64,000 nt of DNA from a virus, in IMG/VR virus record IMGVR_UViG_3300033442_000004, positions 56,773-120,772 of that record. The stretch is one strand, 5' to 3'. The position numbers and the translations under genes are program-made. The notes under the pieces were generated by a model that saw nothing but the letters and a program-made list of their open reading frames with translations, was not told the origin of the DNA and did no database searches. Positions 17,898-27,752 of the stretch are shown here, in pieces. Numbering within the stretch: position 1 is the stretch's first letter; each line of letters opens with the position of its first letter.

Positions 17898-19496
17898 ATG
17901 GCCGACACTCAGATCAAATACACCCCGTCCCCCAAGACGGGTAATCCCGGGCAGCTCTCGTCTGCCGCGGAAACGATGCAGATCCGCACCGCGATGCTCC
18001 GCGCCGTCTACGGCGGCACGGAGACCATGCGGGCACAGGGCGCCACCTTCCTTCCGCAATACGAGAAGGAGTCGGACACCCGGTACCAGGCACGACTGGC
18101 TTCCACGTTCGCTCTCAACAAGCTCAGGGAGGCCGTGGATGCGGCTTCCGCCAAGCCCTTCCGAACCCTGCTGAAGGTCCAGAACGGCGATCCTGACCTC
18201 GATCTGTGGACCCAAGACATCGATTTGCAGGGCAACCACCTGCACATCTTCGGGCACCAGTATTTCAACAACTCGATGCTCGACGGCATGTGCCACCTTC
18301 TGGTGGACCATCCCGATACCTACAACATGAAGAGCCTCGCCGATCAGAAGGCATCCGGCGCTCGCCCCTTCATGAAGATGTACAAGGTCGACGACGTGGC
18401 AGCTGCCTACGACATGTATGTCGGCGGCGACACCAAGACCGTCCACGTCCGCATCCGCAGCCAGCGCGCCGAGCGCGACGGCTTCAAGGAGGTGCTCTAC
18501 AACCAGATCCGCGTGATCGAGATTGACCCGACCAAGACGTCGGGCATCGTGCAGCTCTGGGAGCAGAAGGCTCAGTCCGGCGGCTCGAACTGGGACTTCA
18601 TCGAAGAGACCCCGCTGCAGAACATGGCCGAAGTTCCCTTCGTGACCATGTATGCCGGCGAAAAGGAAGCCGACTACCTGGCTCGGCCGATCTTCATCGA
18701 TCTCGCCTACAAGCAGATCGAGCACTGGATCTCCAGCTCGGACCAGCGGTCGATCCTGTCGGCGGCGCGCTTCCCGATGCTGGCGTGCTCCGGCGTCCAG
18801 ATCGACCCGGAAGACGAGAAGCAGTTCGCGATCGGCCCCTACAAGGTGCTCTACGCGCCGGAAGCCAATGGCCGCTGGTACTACGTCGAGCCCCGCGGCA
18901 CGGCGATCGAGAGCGGCGCCAAGGATCTCGACAAGCTCGAAATGCAGATGGACATGATGGCGCTCAACCCGGTCACGGGCACGCACCGTCAGTACGTGCC
19001 GCAGAACGAGCGCGACATCCAGGAAACGCGGGTCCACTCCGTCGTCCACGACATGGCGATCAACTGCCAGGACGCGCTGGAGAAGGCGATCAAGTTCATG
19101 GGGCAGTGGACCGGCAAGGACTACAGCCAGGTCCAGGTGATCCTGAACACCGAGTTCTCGAACACCAAGGATCGAATCGAGGAGGTGAAGCAGCTCGTCG
19201 CCATGTACGAGAAGCGCGGCATCTCGCGAGAGACCCTGTTGCGCGAAGTCTACAAGCGGAACCTGCTCGGCGACGATTTCAACATTCAGAACGAGCTGAC
19301 CGCCCTGGCAGCGATCGACCAGGCCCTCACGGCCGGCACCGATCCGAACGCCAGCGCCACCGACCCAGCCGCCGCCCCGTCGAAGACGACGGACCCGGCA
19401 GCGGCCAACAGCAACACGCCTGCAAACGGAACCGGGGGTACCCCGAAGACGTTTGATTTCCCCAACAATCAGGATCGGCCCAAAAAGCAAATCTGA
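17898..19496 (+). CDS. Portal protein (DUF4055-like)
   Basis: Follows terL; GGTETMR..G..FLP..E....Y..RL N-terminus. Confidence 0.85.
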   Translation: MADTQIKYTPSPKTGNPGQLSSAAETMQIRTAMLRAVYGGTETMRAQGATFLPQYEKESDTRYQARLASTFALNKLREAVDAASAKPFRTLLKVQNGDPDLDLWTQDIDLQGNHLHIFGHQYFNNSMLDGMCHLLVDHPDTYNMKSLADQKASGARPFMKMYKVDDVAAAYDMYVGGDTKTVHVRIRSQRAERDGFKEVLYNQIRVIEIDPTKTSGIVQLWEQKAQSGGSNWDFIEETPLQNMAEVPFVTMYAGEKEADYLARPIFIDLAYKQIEHWISSSDQRSILSAARFPMLACSGVQIDPEDEKQFAIGPYKVLYAPEANGRWYYVEPRGTAIESGAKDLDKLEMQMDMMALNPVTGTHRQYVPQNERDIQETRVHSVVHDMAINCQDALEKAIKFMGQWTGKDYSQVQVILNTEFSNTKDRIEEVKQLVAMYEKRGISRETLLREVYKRNLLGDDFNIQNELTALAAIDQALTAGTDPNASATDPAAAPSKTTDPAAANSNTPANGTGGTPKTFDFPNNQDRPKKQI

Positions 19497-19534
19497 TTGA
19501 CGGGTGCAAATGCACATGGTAGGTGGCGCGTCCC

Positions 19535-19825
19535 ATGGCTGAGATCGTACTGGAACTGAAAGCCGAGCAATATTTCTGCGAGCCCTGCTCATTGAAGCAG
19601 GGCACGCTGGTGCGCGAGCTTGTGCGGATGATCCCGAAGTCCGTGGTTCTGTTCGATAAGCTGGTCGGGGACGAGTACTACTGCTGCCCGATCTGCTTCG
19701 AGCCCAAGTTCACGGTCAAGGGCAAGAAGAAGGTCAAGCATGGCGCGAAAGATCCCAAAGTGGCAGCACATTCTGAACCTGGAAGCGCGGGCGAAAGGCC
19801 TCCCGGCCCCGTACTTGTCACCTGA
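19535..19825 (+). CDS. Zinc-ribbon hypothetical protein
   Basis: Two CxxC pairs. Confidence 0.55.
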   Translation: MAEIVLELKAEQYFCEPCSLKQGTLVRELVRMIPKSVVLFDKLVGDEYYCCPICFEPKFTVKGKKKVKHGAKDPKVAAHSEPGSAGERPPGPVLVT

Positions 19826-20021
19826 CGACGATCCTCCGATGCCCTCCGGCAGCCTTCCGCGGCCGGAGGTATTGGGTGCTCCGCCCAGCGACAAACACGT
19901 CCAGCAGATAGCAGGAGATGTCAGGATGGCTCGCAACGTCGGGCTGGCCTTCCTGCTCGGGAAGGCGGTTCCCGCCCTGTTTGCGCTGTGGCTGATCTGG
20001 CTTTTCTTCGGCAAGCACTGA
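19740..20021 (+). CDS. Membrane-anchored hypothetical protein
   Basis: C-terminal TM helix. Confidence 0.5.
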   Translation: MARKIPKWQHILNLEARAKGLPAPYLSPDDDPPMPSGSLPRPEVLGAPPSDKHVQQIAGDVRMARNVGLAFLLGKAVPALFALWLIWLFFGKH

Positions 20022-20045
20022 TTTGCATTTTTCTTGGGGTTGGGC

Positions 20046-20091
20046 TTGACAGAAACCCCATATCATGCGTATAGATTTGCTTGAATGCAAA
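20046..20091 (+). promoter_or_regulatory. Promoter with abutting operator
   Basis: TTGACA-N18-TATAGA immediately followed by TTTGCTTGAATGCAAA. Confidence 0.65.
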
Positions 20092-20386
20092 TGGAGTGAC
20101 CGTGCAGCTCTTCCTCAGCAAAAACCTCGTCCAAGCCTTCCGCCTGCCACTCTGGGGTCAAGCCGCTGACGAGACGCCGCCGCAATGGCTGGTGACCCGG
20201 ATCCAATCGGGTGAGCTGGAGATGAACAGCCTGGGCGGTCTGACTTACAGCACACCGTTCGGCGTGCAGTCCTGCGCCGCGGGCGACATCGTCGTCTTCT
20301 ACGCTGACAATTCGATCGGGTTCGAGAAGCCCGAGGCCTTCGAGCGGGACTTCACTCCCGTGGAGGAAATTTCTCTGGCTGCCTGA
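20081..20386 (+). CDS. Hypothetical phage protein
   Basis: ORF with GDIVV...KPEAFERDF motif; true start may be a downstream GTG. Confidence 0.6.
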   Translation: MNANGVTVQLFLSKNLVQAFRLPLWGQAADETPPQWLVTRIQSGELEMNSLGGLTYSTPFGVQSCAAGDIVVFYADNSIGFEKPEAFERDFTPVEEISLAA

Positions 20387-20467
20387 GCGCTCGATTAGGC
20401 TCTGCCTGCGAGATCATAGGCACACCGTATGGGTGCCCGCTCAACACCAATCTCACTCCGACTTCTA

Positions 20468-20501
20468 GCCCGCCAGGATCAATCGCCTGGCGGGTCTTTT
20501 T
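20468..20501 (+). terminator. Rho-independent terminator
   Basis: GCCCGCCAGG...CCTGGCGGGT followed by CTTTTT. Confidence 0.75.
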
Positions 20502-20635
20502 GCGTCGTGGGTTCGCGCGCTCCTGGATTCCTCCGGTAGAGCGCGATTTCAGCGGTCTCAGCTCGCATCCTGCACAAGACGGGCAGAGATACCAAAGAGC
20601 GCGCCGCACGCCCGCGCCGCCGCTGAACAACTTCT

Positions 20636-20711
20636 TGGCATGTAGCTCAGCCGGTAGAGCACCTCGCTGTTAACGAGGGTGTCGCAGGTTCGAGACCTGC
20701 CGTGCCAGCCA
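20636..20711 (+). tRNA. tRNA-Asn(GTT)
   Basis: Canonical 76-nt cloverleaf, anticodon loop CTGTTAA, encoded CCA. Confidence 0.95.
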
Positions 20712-20933
20712 GTCTCGTTCATCCGCCAAGGGCGGACAGAACTCTTGGGCCGCTCAGCGGCTCACCCAATTCGCCAGCACCGATCAACCGAGCCTCCCGG
20801 GATGGGACCTCGACCGATCGCTGCTGGCAACTTCGATTCCCCCGCTCCTGGGGGATTCACCGGACCACACGGCGGGACGCCATGGGGTCCTTTTATCACG
20901 AGGGGCGGGATGCCCCGCATTTCCGGGATGGAT

Positions 20934-21821
20934 ATGCTCAAAGCAGTCGTTACTGATCTCAATGAACTCGACGAGGGCCTCCGCGGCTACTACGTGCAGA
21001 AGGACGGGAAGTTCTTCCTGAACGTCACGCCGGTCGACGGTTTCCAACTCGACAACACCCAGGGCCTGAAGACGGCGCTCGGTGCGGAACGCAACAACGT
21101 TTCCGTGCTCCAGGCGCAGCTGAAGCCCTACGAAGGCCTCGACGCCGCCGCGGCTCGCACCGCGATCGAGCGTGTCACCGCCTTCGGAGACATCACGCCG
21201 GAAGCCGCGAAGACCGCGGTTGAAACGGCGGCACGACTGTCCGCACTCGATCCCACGAAAGAGGCTGAGCAGATCGCCAACACCAAGGTCGAGACCCTCA
21301 AGGGTCAACTCCAGGCACAGTGGACTGTGCGTGAGACCGAGCTGACCACCACGGTCAAGAACCTGGAGACGGCGAACAACAGCCTGACGGGGCAACTGAA
21401 GACTTTGATGGGCGACAGCCAGATCAAGTCCGAGGTCGCAAAAGCCAACCCACTGGACGACGCGCGGGATGCCGTCGAACTCCTGGTGAGCAAGTTCGTC
21501 CGCACGTCCATGAAGGACGGGAATGTCGTCGTCGATGTCATCGACGCCAACGGCAACCCGCGCATCAAGGACCACGCGGGCACCGCGTTCACCGTCGCTG
21601 ATCTCGTCGCTGAGATCCGCGAGAGCCGCGCCGCTCTCTTCAAGCCTGACGAGAAGCGCGGCCTGGGGACCAACCCCAACACCCCCAGCAATCCGCCGGC
21701 CGGCGGGGTCGTGAACCCCTGGGCCAAGGAAACGCGCAACATCACCCAGCAGATGGTGCTGGAAAACACCAAACCCGAACTGGCCAAGCAGCTCAAGGCT
21801 GCAGCCGGCGTCACGGACTAA
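20934..21821 (+). CDS. Head scaffolding protein
   Basis: Coiled-coil protein before the capsid gene; YVQKDGKFFL and GLKTALGAER N-terminus, NPW C-terminus. Confidence 0.8.
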   Translation: MLKAVVTDLNELDEGLRGYYVQKDGKFFLNVTPVDGFQLDNTQGLKTALGAERNNVSVLQAQLKPYEGLDAAAARTAIERVTAFGDITPEAAKTAVETAARLSALDPTKEAEQIANTKVETLKGQLQAQWTVRETELTTTVKNLETANNSLTGQLKTLMGDSQIKSEVAKANPLDDARDAVELLVSKFVRTSMKDGNVVVDVIDANGNPRIKDHAGTAFTVADLVAEIRESRAALFKPDEKRGLGTNPNTPSNPPAGGVVNPWAKETRNITQQMVLENTKPELAKQLKAAAGVTD

Positions 21822-21936
21822 CACCCCAACACGCTCATTCTTCGCAACCGCCGGGACGTTCGCGCCCCGGCGTTTGCATGAATGCAAAAAGCTGCACCCA
21901 AAGAGGGCAAAGGCCAGTCAAACTCAAGAGTGAGAA

Positions 21937-22917
21937 ATGACTGAGACCCGTCTCGCGGACATGATCGTCCCGACCAAGTTCAACAAGTACGTCCAGGTTC
22001 TGTCGACGCAGAAGTCCGAGCTGTTCCAGTCGGGCATCATCACCGACCTGTCGAGCGTCATCGACTCCGAGATCGAAGGCAAGACGGTCAACATGCCGTA
22101 CTTCAACGACCTCGATGCGTCGGACGCCGAGCAGATCCTCGACGACACGACCGACCTGACCGTCAGCAAGATGACGACCGGCCAAGACGTGGCCGTGAAG
22201 CTGCTGCGCGGTAAGGCGTTCGGCTCGACCGACCTCGCGGCCGACCTGTCCGGCGCGGACCCGATCGACGCGATCGCCAACCGTTTCGCCGACTGGTGGA
22301 ACAAGCGCATGCAGACCGCTCTGCTCGCGACCCTGGCCGGTGCCATGGGCTCGACCGACATGGCGGCCAACGTCAACGACATCTCCGCGCTGACCGGCGG
22401 TGCCGAGAACTTCGACGCCGACTCGTTCATCGACGCGGCCTTCTTGCTCGGCGACGAGCAGGGCGGTCTGAACGCCGTGGCCGTCCACTCGCTGACCCTG
22501 AAGGCGATGGTGAAGGCCGACCTGATCGACTTCGTGCCCGACTCCCAGGGCAAGCTGACGGTCCCGACCTACCTCGGCAAGACCGTCATCGTCGACGACG
22601 GCATGCCGGTGACCGGTGCTGGTGCGAACCGCGTGTTCACCACCTACATCTTCGGCCCCGGCGCGATCGGTTTCGGCGAGAAGTCGCCGAAGGTGCCGGT
22701 GGAAGTCGAGCGCCAGGCTCTGAAGGGCATGGGCCAGGAGTACATCGTGAACCGCCGCCAGTGGGTCATGCATCCGCGTGGCGTCAAGTGGCTCGGCGCG
22801 AACCAGGTCGGCGTGACCCCGTCGAACACCGAGCTGGCCGACGTCGCGAACTGGAAGCGCGTCTACGACGCGAAGATCGTCCGCATCGTGGCGTTCAAGC
22901 ACAAGCTGGCCGCCTAA
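21937..22917 (+). CDS. Major capsid protein
   Basis: TRLADMIVP, MPYFNDL, VIVDDGMP, HPRG..W motifs; strong codon bias. Confidence 0.92.
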   Translation: MTETRLADMIVPTKFNKYVQVLSTQKSELFQSGIITDLSSVIDSEIEGKTVNMPYFNDLDASDAEQILDDTTDLTVSKMTTGQDVAVKLLRGKAFGSTDLAADLSGADPIDAIANRFADWWNKRMQTALLATLAGAMGSTDMAANVNDISALTGGAENFDADSFIDAAFLLGDEQGGLNAVAVHSLTLKAMVKADLIDFVPDSQGKLTVPTYLGKTVIVDDGMPVTGAGANRVFTTYIFGPGAIGFGEKSPKVPVEVERQALKGMGQEYIVNRRQWVMHPRGVKWLGANQVGVTPSNTELADVANWKRVYDAKIVRIVAFKHKLAA

Positions 22918-22952
22918 TCGTCAGCCCTCTGACGGTTAACAGCTGAAACACA

Positions 22953-22990
22953 AAACCCTCCCTGGCTCTCGCAGCTGGGGAGGGTTCTTT
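22953..22990 (+). terminator. Terminator after capsid gene
   Basis: AACCCTCCC...GGGAGGGTT-CTTT. Confidence 0.7.
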
Positions 22991-23009
22991 GTGAGTCTGG
23001 AGATCAAGA

Positions 23010-23372
23010 ATGCTCGGAGCAAAAGGCTTTCGAACCCGTGAAGCGACCGCGAACTACAAGCGTCGCATCCGTAAGCTCGTGACGGACGAGGTCCGTGCCG
23101 CACGCTTCGCCAACCTGCACGGCAATGCCGAGGCATCCCCGGAGCCGGTCGCTCCTGTCGAGCCCGTCGAGCCGGCTGCGACCGAGACCGCCCCCGAGGC
23201 CGTCGAGGAGCAGGGCGCGGAGACGAATACCGAAGACAATTCCGCTGACGAAACCGGCGATGAAGCCGGCGACGAAGGCGAGGGCGACAGCGAAGAGACC
23301 CCCGACACGGAGGGTAAGCCCGCAACGCCGAAGAAGAAGGGCGGCAAGACCGCCAAGAAGAAGTCCGAGTAA
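23010..23372 (+). CDS. Acidic low-complexity hypothetical protein
   Basis: GGAG RBS; ORF. Confidence 0.65.
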   Translation: MLGAKGFRTREATANYKRRIRKLVTDEVRAARFANLHGNAEASPEPVAPVEPVEPAATETAPEAVEEQGAETNTEDNSADETGDEAGDEGEGDSEETPDTEGKPATPKKKGGKTAKKKSE

Positions 23373-23387
23373 TCGGCAGGAGTGGTC

Positions 23388-23816
23388 ATGGGATACGCGA
23401 CGAAGGAAGACATCGACGAGCTTTACGGCACCGATCTCCTCGTCAAGATCGCTGACTACGACCGTGACGGCACGCCAGACCCTCTCGTTGTTGACAAGGG
23501 GCTTCTGGCTGCCGACGAGATTTGTGACGCCTACCTGTCCGCCCAGTACACGATCCCGGTAGTTCCCACGCCCGGCGTGGTGAAGAACTGCGCGATCGAC
23601 ATCGCGGTCTACAAGATCGCGCTCGGGCGCGGCGGGCGTACGGACGAAATGCGGGTCCGCTACGAGGACGCGCTGGCGCTGCTTGAGAAGATCTCGACCG
23701 GCAAGGTCGGCCTCGGGCTGCCGCCGGAGACCGTCGACAATGGCGACGGCACCAGCACCACGACGAACCCGAACGTCAAGCGTTCCGGAGGGTCGTTCGA
23801 CTGCGGTAGGGCGTAA
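23388..23816 (+). CDS. Mu gp36-like head-tail adaptor (DUF1320)
   Basis: YAT..D...YG, DAYL...Y..P, DIAVY, RYEDAL..L..I..GK. Confidence 0.85.
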   Translation: MGYATKEDIDELYGTDLLVKIADYDRDGTPDPLVVDKGLLAADEICDAYLSAQYTIPVVPTPGVVKNCAIDIAVYKIALGRGGRTDEMRVRYEDALALLEKISTGKVGLGLPPETVDNGDGTSTTTNPNVKRSGGSFDCGRA

Positions 23817-24286
23817 TGCCTTCCTTCAGCGTCAGGATGAATGCTGAGTCTCTAGCTCAGCTGAACAAGCGGATCACCAAGCTCCTCCAGGACGCGGAGC
23901 ACATGGAGCCGGTCTGGCAGCAAGCTGCCGAGTACATGGTCCGCTCGACGCAGAACCGCATCAACAAGACCCAGACCAGCCCGTCCGGAGAGAGGTGGGC
24001 GGGCCTCGCGGCGCTCACGATCAAGCTGAAGGGCACTGACTGGCCACTGTATGCGACCGGCAAGCTCGTCGGCGGCATCCACACTGGCGAGATCGACAAC
24101 CACGGCTTCCAGGTCGTCTCCGACGCTCCCTATAGCTCGTACGTGCAGGACGGCGTGAAGAACAGCCGCGGCAAGTACAAGAAGAAGACGACGCCGCACT
24201 CACCAGCTCGCCCGTTCATGGGCTTCTCCGCTGAGAACGCGCGGCGCATCAGCAAGATGATCCGCGATCACCTGAAGGCAACCTAA
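23816..24286 (+). CDS. Phage virion morphogenesis protein (Mu gpG/P2 gpS-like)
   Basis: SPSGERW..L, L..TG.L, PARPFMG. Confidence 0.85.
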   Translation: MPSFSVRMNAESLAQLNKRITKLLQDAEHMEPVWQQAAEYMVRSTQNRINKTQTSPSGERWAGLAALTIKLKGTDWPLYATGKLVGGIHTGEIDNHGFQVVSDAPYSSYVQDGVKNSRGKYKKKTTPHSPARPFMGFSAENARRISKMIRDHLKAT

Positions 24287-24870
24287 TGAGCGCGATCGTC
24301 AACTTCCGAAATAACATCATCGAGGCCATCAAGGCCGCGGCGCCTGAGATGCAGAACGTCGACTGGTACGATGGCCTCTTTGATGAGAAAGACATTGCAG
24401 ACTGGACGCTGAAGACGCCTTGCGCTCGCGTCGCAGTCATGAATGTCCCGACCGAGCACCACTCGACGGGCGAACTGAACGCCTGCCTTCGCGTGGTTGT
24501 CGTCATCATCGACGAGAACCGCTACGTCCAGCTGGACGGGGACGCGAACGCCTGGGACTTGGTCGAGAAGATCGCCATCATGGCGAACCTGAATACCTTC
24601 GGCGACCCCAACGCGGCACCCGCCACGAAGGTCATTTTCAAACGCATCAGCCAGCCAGAGCTGCGACGAGAAGGCATCGCCGTCGGCATCGTTGAGTGGA
24701 CCAGCGACTTGATGATCGGACGGAACCGATCAGTCGAGCGCTCGTACTTCTTCCTCAACGGTGAACGGATCAACAAGGTGCCCCGCAGCCACGTCACGGC
24801 GCTCGGCCAGATCAACCTGGCAAGCGGCGCCCACGCCGAAGAAACGCTGGACATCACCCCAGAGGACTAA
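24286..24870 (+). CDS. Probable tail terminator (Mu gp37-like)
   Basis: Position and size only. Confidence 0.55.
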   Translation: MSAIVNFRNNIIEAIKAAAPEMQNVDWYDGLFDEKDIADWTLKTPCARVAVMNVPTEHHSTGELNACLRVVVVIIDENRYVQLDGDANAWDLVEKIAIMANLNTFGDPNAAPATKVIFKRISQPELRREGIAVGIVEWTSDLMIGRNRSVERSYFFLNGERINKVPRSHVTALGQINLASGAHAEETLDITPED

Positions 24871-24876
24871 CCCGCC

Positions 24877-26283
24877 ATGCGCGCTCTACACGCGATGGAG
24901 CGGCGCATGCAGGATCTTGAACGCAAGATCCAAGGCAAGGAGCGGCTCGGTAAAATCGTCGACGTCAAGTTCGAGAAGCAGCGGTGGTACGTCAAGCTCA
25001 ACGACGGGCAGGACGACACCCCAAGCGGCTCGGGCGGCAAGCGCGGCGACACCGTGAAGAGTGATTGGCAACCGTGGAAGAGCTTCTCACACGGCACCAT
25101 CAAGTCGTCGGTCCCTCCGAAGAAGGGCCAGTACGCGCTGCTCCGCGGCGTCAACGGCATGATGGAGCTGGCGACGGCCGAGCCCTATCACTACGGCCCC
25201 GAGACCCCGTCGCCCCACGACAAGCCGGACGAAGTCGTCCACCTGGTCGAGGACGAAGAGGATCAGAAGAACAGCCAGCAAGGTGGCTCATCCGGCGGTG
25301 CCGGCGGCGCGTCCACTGAGGGCAGCGGCCAGCAGGGCGGCAACGACAAGTACAGCACCTGGCAGCGGGTCGCGAAGAACCTGCACCACCTGATCATCCA
25401 GAAGAAGGGCGCCAACATGGACGCCATGGGTGATCTCGGCGGTCTCGCTGGAATGGCTGGCCTGAACGGGCTGGACATGTCGAACTTCACCAGCGCGATC
25501 GGCAACCTCGGCAACATGGGCGGCCTCGCCAACCTGAACCTCGCCAACATCGGCGACTTCAGCCAGATCAGCAGCCTGATCAACATCAGCAACATGTCGG
25601 GCTTCGCCAACCTCGGCCAGCTCGCGCAGCTGCAGGGCCTGACCAACCTTACCTCGGTCGGCAACATCGTCCAGACCGTCCAGACAGTGCTCAACGGCGG
25701 CAGCCTTCAGGCTCCGGGCGGAGCCGCTGGCGCTGACGGGCAGGGCGCCGGCCAGAAGCAGCAGGCCTCTCGCAAGATCCCGCAGGTCGAGGAGCAAGGT
25801 CACTCCGACACCACGCAGGTGCTGACGGACCAGGAAAAGATCGTCAAGACGGTCGGCGACAAGAAGTCGTACTACCGCCAGGACGAGGACAAGGTCCATC
25901 TCCGCTACGGCGAAGATGGCTCCAAGGCCGACGTCGTCATGGACAAGGATCAGGTCAAGATCCAGTTCAAGGACAAGACAGCGGTCATCAAGTGGACCGA
26001 GAACGACCTGAACGTCTCGTTCGGCGAGGACAAGGCGAACATCAAGCTTGACGGCTCAGCCATCGTGCTCAGCCAGGGCAAGGACAAGACCAAGGTCACC
26101 ATCCAGGAAAACTACGTCGAAGTGAAGGGCGCTTCCGAGTGCTCCTGCGGCGTGGATGGGCGCTGGGTCTACATCAACAACGGCCGAGTCAACCTCGGCG
26201 TCTCCGGCCCCAAGGAAGCGGCAACGAACCGCGTCATGACCGACGCCGGCCCGTCGCAGGTCGTCTGGGCCAAGATCTCGTAA
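24877..26283 (+). CDS. Baseplate spike gpV-like, with low-complexity insert
   Basis: N-terminal OB-like region (SDWQPW...PPKKGQ), beta-helix-like C-terminus, precedes gpW. Confidence 0.75.
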   Translation: MRALHAMERRMQDLERKIQGKERLGKIVDVKFEKQRWYVKLNDGQDDTPSGSGGKRGDTVKSDWQPWKSFSHGTIKSSVPPKKGQYALLRGVNGMMELATAEPYHYGPETPSPHDKPDEVVHLVEDEEDQKNSQQGGSSGGAGGASTEGSGQQGGNDKYSTWQRVAKNLHHLIIQKKGANMDAMGDLGGLAGMAGLNGLDMSNFTSAIGNLGNMGGLANLNLANIGDFSQISSLINISNMSGFANLGQLAQLQGLTNLTSVGNIVQTVQTVLNGGSLQAPGGAAGADGQGAGQKQQASRKIPQVEEQGHSDTTQVLTDQEKIVKTVGDKKSYYRQDEDKVHLRYGEDGSKADVVMDKDQVKIQFKDKTAVIKWTENDLNVSFGEDKANIKLDGSAIVLSQGKDKTKVTIQENYVEVKGASECSCGVDGRWVYINNGRVNLGVSGPKEAATNRVMTDAGPSQVVWAKIS

Positions 26284-26298
26284 CAAGGAACAAGAACA

Positions 26299-26520
26299 AT
26301 GCCGCAATACACGGTCGACAAGGAAATCTGGCTCGGTGGGCTCAAGCAGCCCGTGGGCAAGGTCGTGACCCTCACGGAAGGCCAGGCCAAGTATCTGGGC
26401 CACGCCCTGACGAAGGTCGAAGACAAGCCGGCTCCCACCGCCAAGAAGGCAAAGGCCGCCGCGGCTCCGGCCGCTGGCGCTGTCGTGACGGAGGCTCCTG
26501 CGAATGGCGTTGGCAACTGA
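26299..26520 (+). CDS. Small hypothetical virion protein
   Basis: RBS and ORF. Confidence 0.6.
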   Translation: MPQYTVDKEIWLGGLKQPVGKVVTLTEGQAKYLGHALTKVEDKPAPTAKKAKAAAAPAAGAVVTEAPANGVGN

Positions 26521-26860
26521 GCATCTGATCGATATCGACCGGAAGACGGGCGAATACGTTCAGGGCTGGCCACGCATTAAGCAGTCCATCGAGACCATCC
26601 TCTCCACGCGCATCGGCGTTCGGCTGATGCGTCTGTGGTGGGGATCGAAATTCACCGACATGCAGGACAAGCCGGGCAACGAGGAAACCCTCATGACCGG
26701 CATGATGGCGGCGATCTCCGCCATCAACACCTACGAACCGGAGTTCAAGGTGTCCCGTGTGTCGATCGACGCATTCGACTCGTCCGGCGAGATCACCATC
26801 ACCGTTGAGGGCGTCGACCTGATCGACGCGCAGCTCAAGAGAACAAAAACAACAATCTAA
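26504..26860 (+). CDS. Baseplate gpW/gp25-like
   Basis: IKQSIETILST..G.R.MR..WGS; YEP. Confidence 0.88.
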   Translation: MALATEHLIDIDRKTGEYVQGWPRIKQSIETILSTRIGVRLMRLWWGSKFTDMQDKPGNEETLMTGMMAAISAINTYEPEFKVSRVSIDAFDSSGEITITVEGVDLIDAQLKRTKTTI

Positions 26861-26872
26861 GGCGAGGGCCTG

Positions 26873-27751
26873 ATGCCGAACTACGAGTCACCCGCGCTTT
26901 ACATCGACTTCGCGCGGCTGCCGCCGCCCGACGTCGTTGAGACCATCGACTTCGAGGTGCTGCTCAAGCGGTACCAAGACGAGGTCGTCGCCAAAAACCC
27001 GGCGCTCGCCGCTGCCGTCAAGCTCGAACAGTCGCCGACAAACGTCATTCTCGAACCGCAGGCCTATGGCGAGATGCTGGTGCGAGCCCGCATCAACTCG
27101 GCGGCTCGCGCCGTCATGCTGGCCTTTTCCAGGGGAGGCGACCTCGACAACCTGGCCGCCTTCTTCGGCGTCGAGCGTGCTGCCGGCGAGACCGACGACA
27201 GCCTGCGCCGCCGAGCCCAGCTCGCGCCCGAGGCGTTCACGACCGCTGGCTCCGAAGGCGCCTACATCTTCCAGGCACTCTCCGCCGACCCGACCAATGT
27301 CCGGGACGCCACCGCGGTCAAGATGGACGACAGGGGCAGGGTGAAGATCACCGTCATGGCGCGCGGATCCAATCCGGTGCCGACCACGGCGACCATCTTG
27401 CTGGTCCGCGACCGCATCAATTCGAGGGGCATTCGGCCGCTCACCGACGTGGTCAGCGTCGTGCCCGTCAGGCCGATCACCACCCAGATCGTCGCGAACA
27501 TCTGGCTCTATCCGGGCCCCGACGCATCGCTGGTCATGGCCGATATCGGCAAGGCGCTGCAGAAGGTCCGGGACAACGTTTCGCTGATCGGCCGGGACCT
27601 GACCAGGTCCGCGATCATTTCCGCCCTCAACCAGGAAGGCGTGCAGTCGGTCGATCTGATCTCGCCGGCCGAGAACGTCGTCGCCGGCACCGATCAGTGC
27701 GTCATCATCGAAAGCGCCGCGATCACGCCGCAGCAGCTCAGGGTGGAGTAA
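26873..27751 (+). CDS. Baseplate gpJ-like
   Basis: LPPPDVVE, G.DLDNLAA, ETDDSLR.R, AG..GAY, RPLTD. Confidence 0.92.
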   Translation: MPNYESPALYIDFARLPPPDVVETIDFEVLLKRYQDEVVAKNPALAAAVKLEQSPTNVILEPQAYGEMLVRARINSAARAVMLAFSRGGDLDNLAAFFGVERAAGETDDSLRRRAQLAPEAFTTAGSEGAYIFQALSADPTNVRDATAVKMDDRGRVKITVMARGSNPVPTTATILLVRDRINSRGIRPLTDVVSVVPVRPITTQIVANIWLYPGPDASLVMADIGKALQKVRDNVSLIGRDLTRSAIISALNQEGVQSVDLISPAENVVAGTDQCVIIESAAITPQQLRVE

Positions 27752-27752
27752 C

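Noticed and set aside
20636-20711. tRNA-Asn as the integration site
   Set aside because: It lies inside the head module and no duplicate 3' end was seen in the window.
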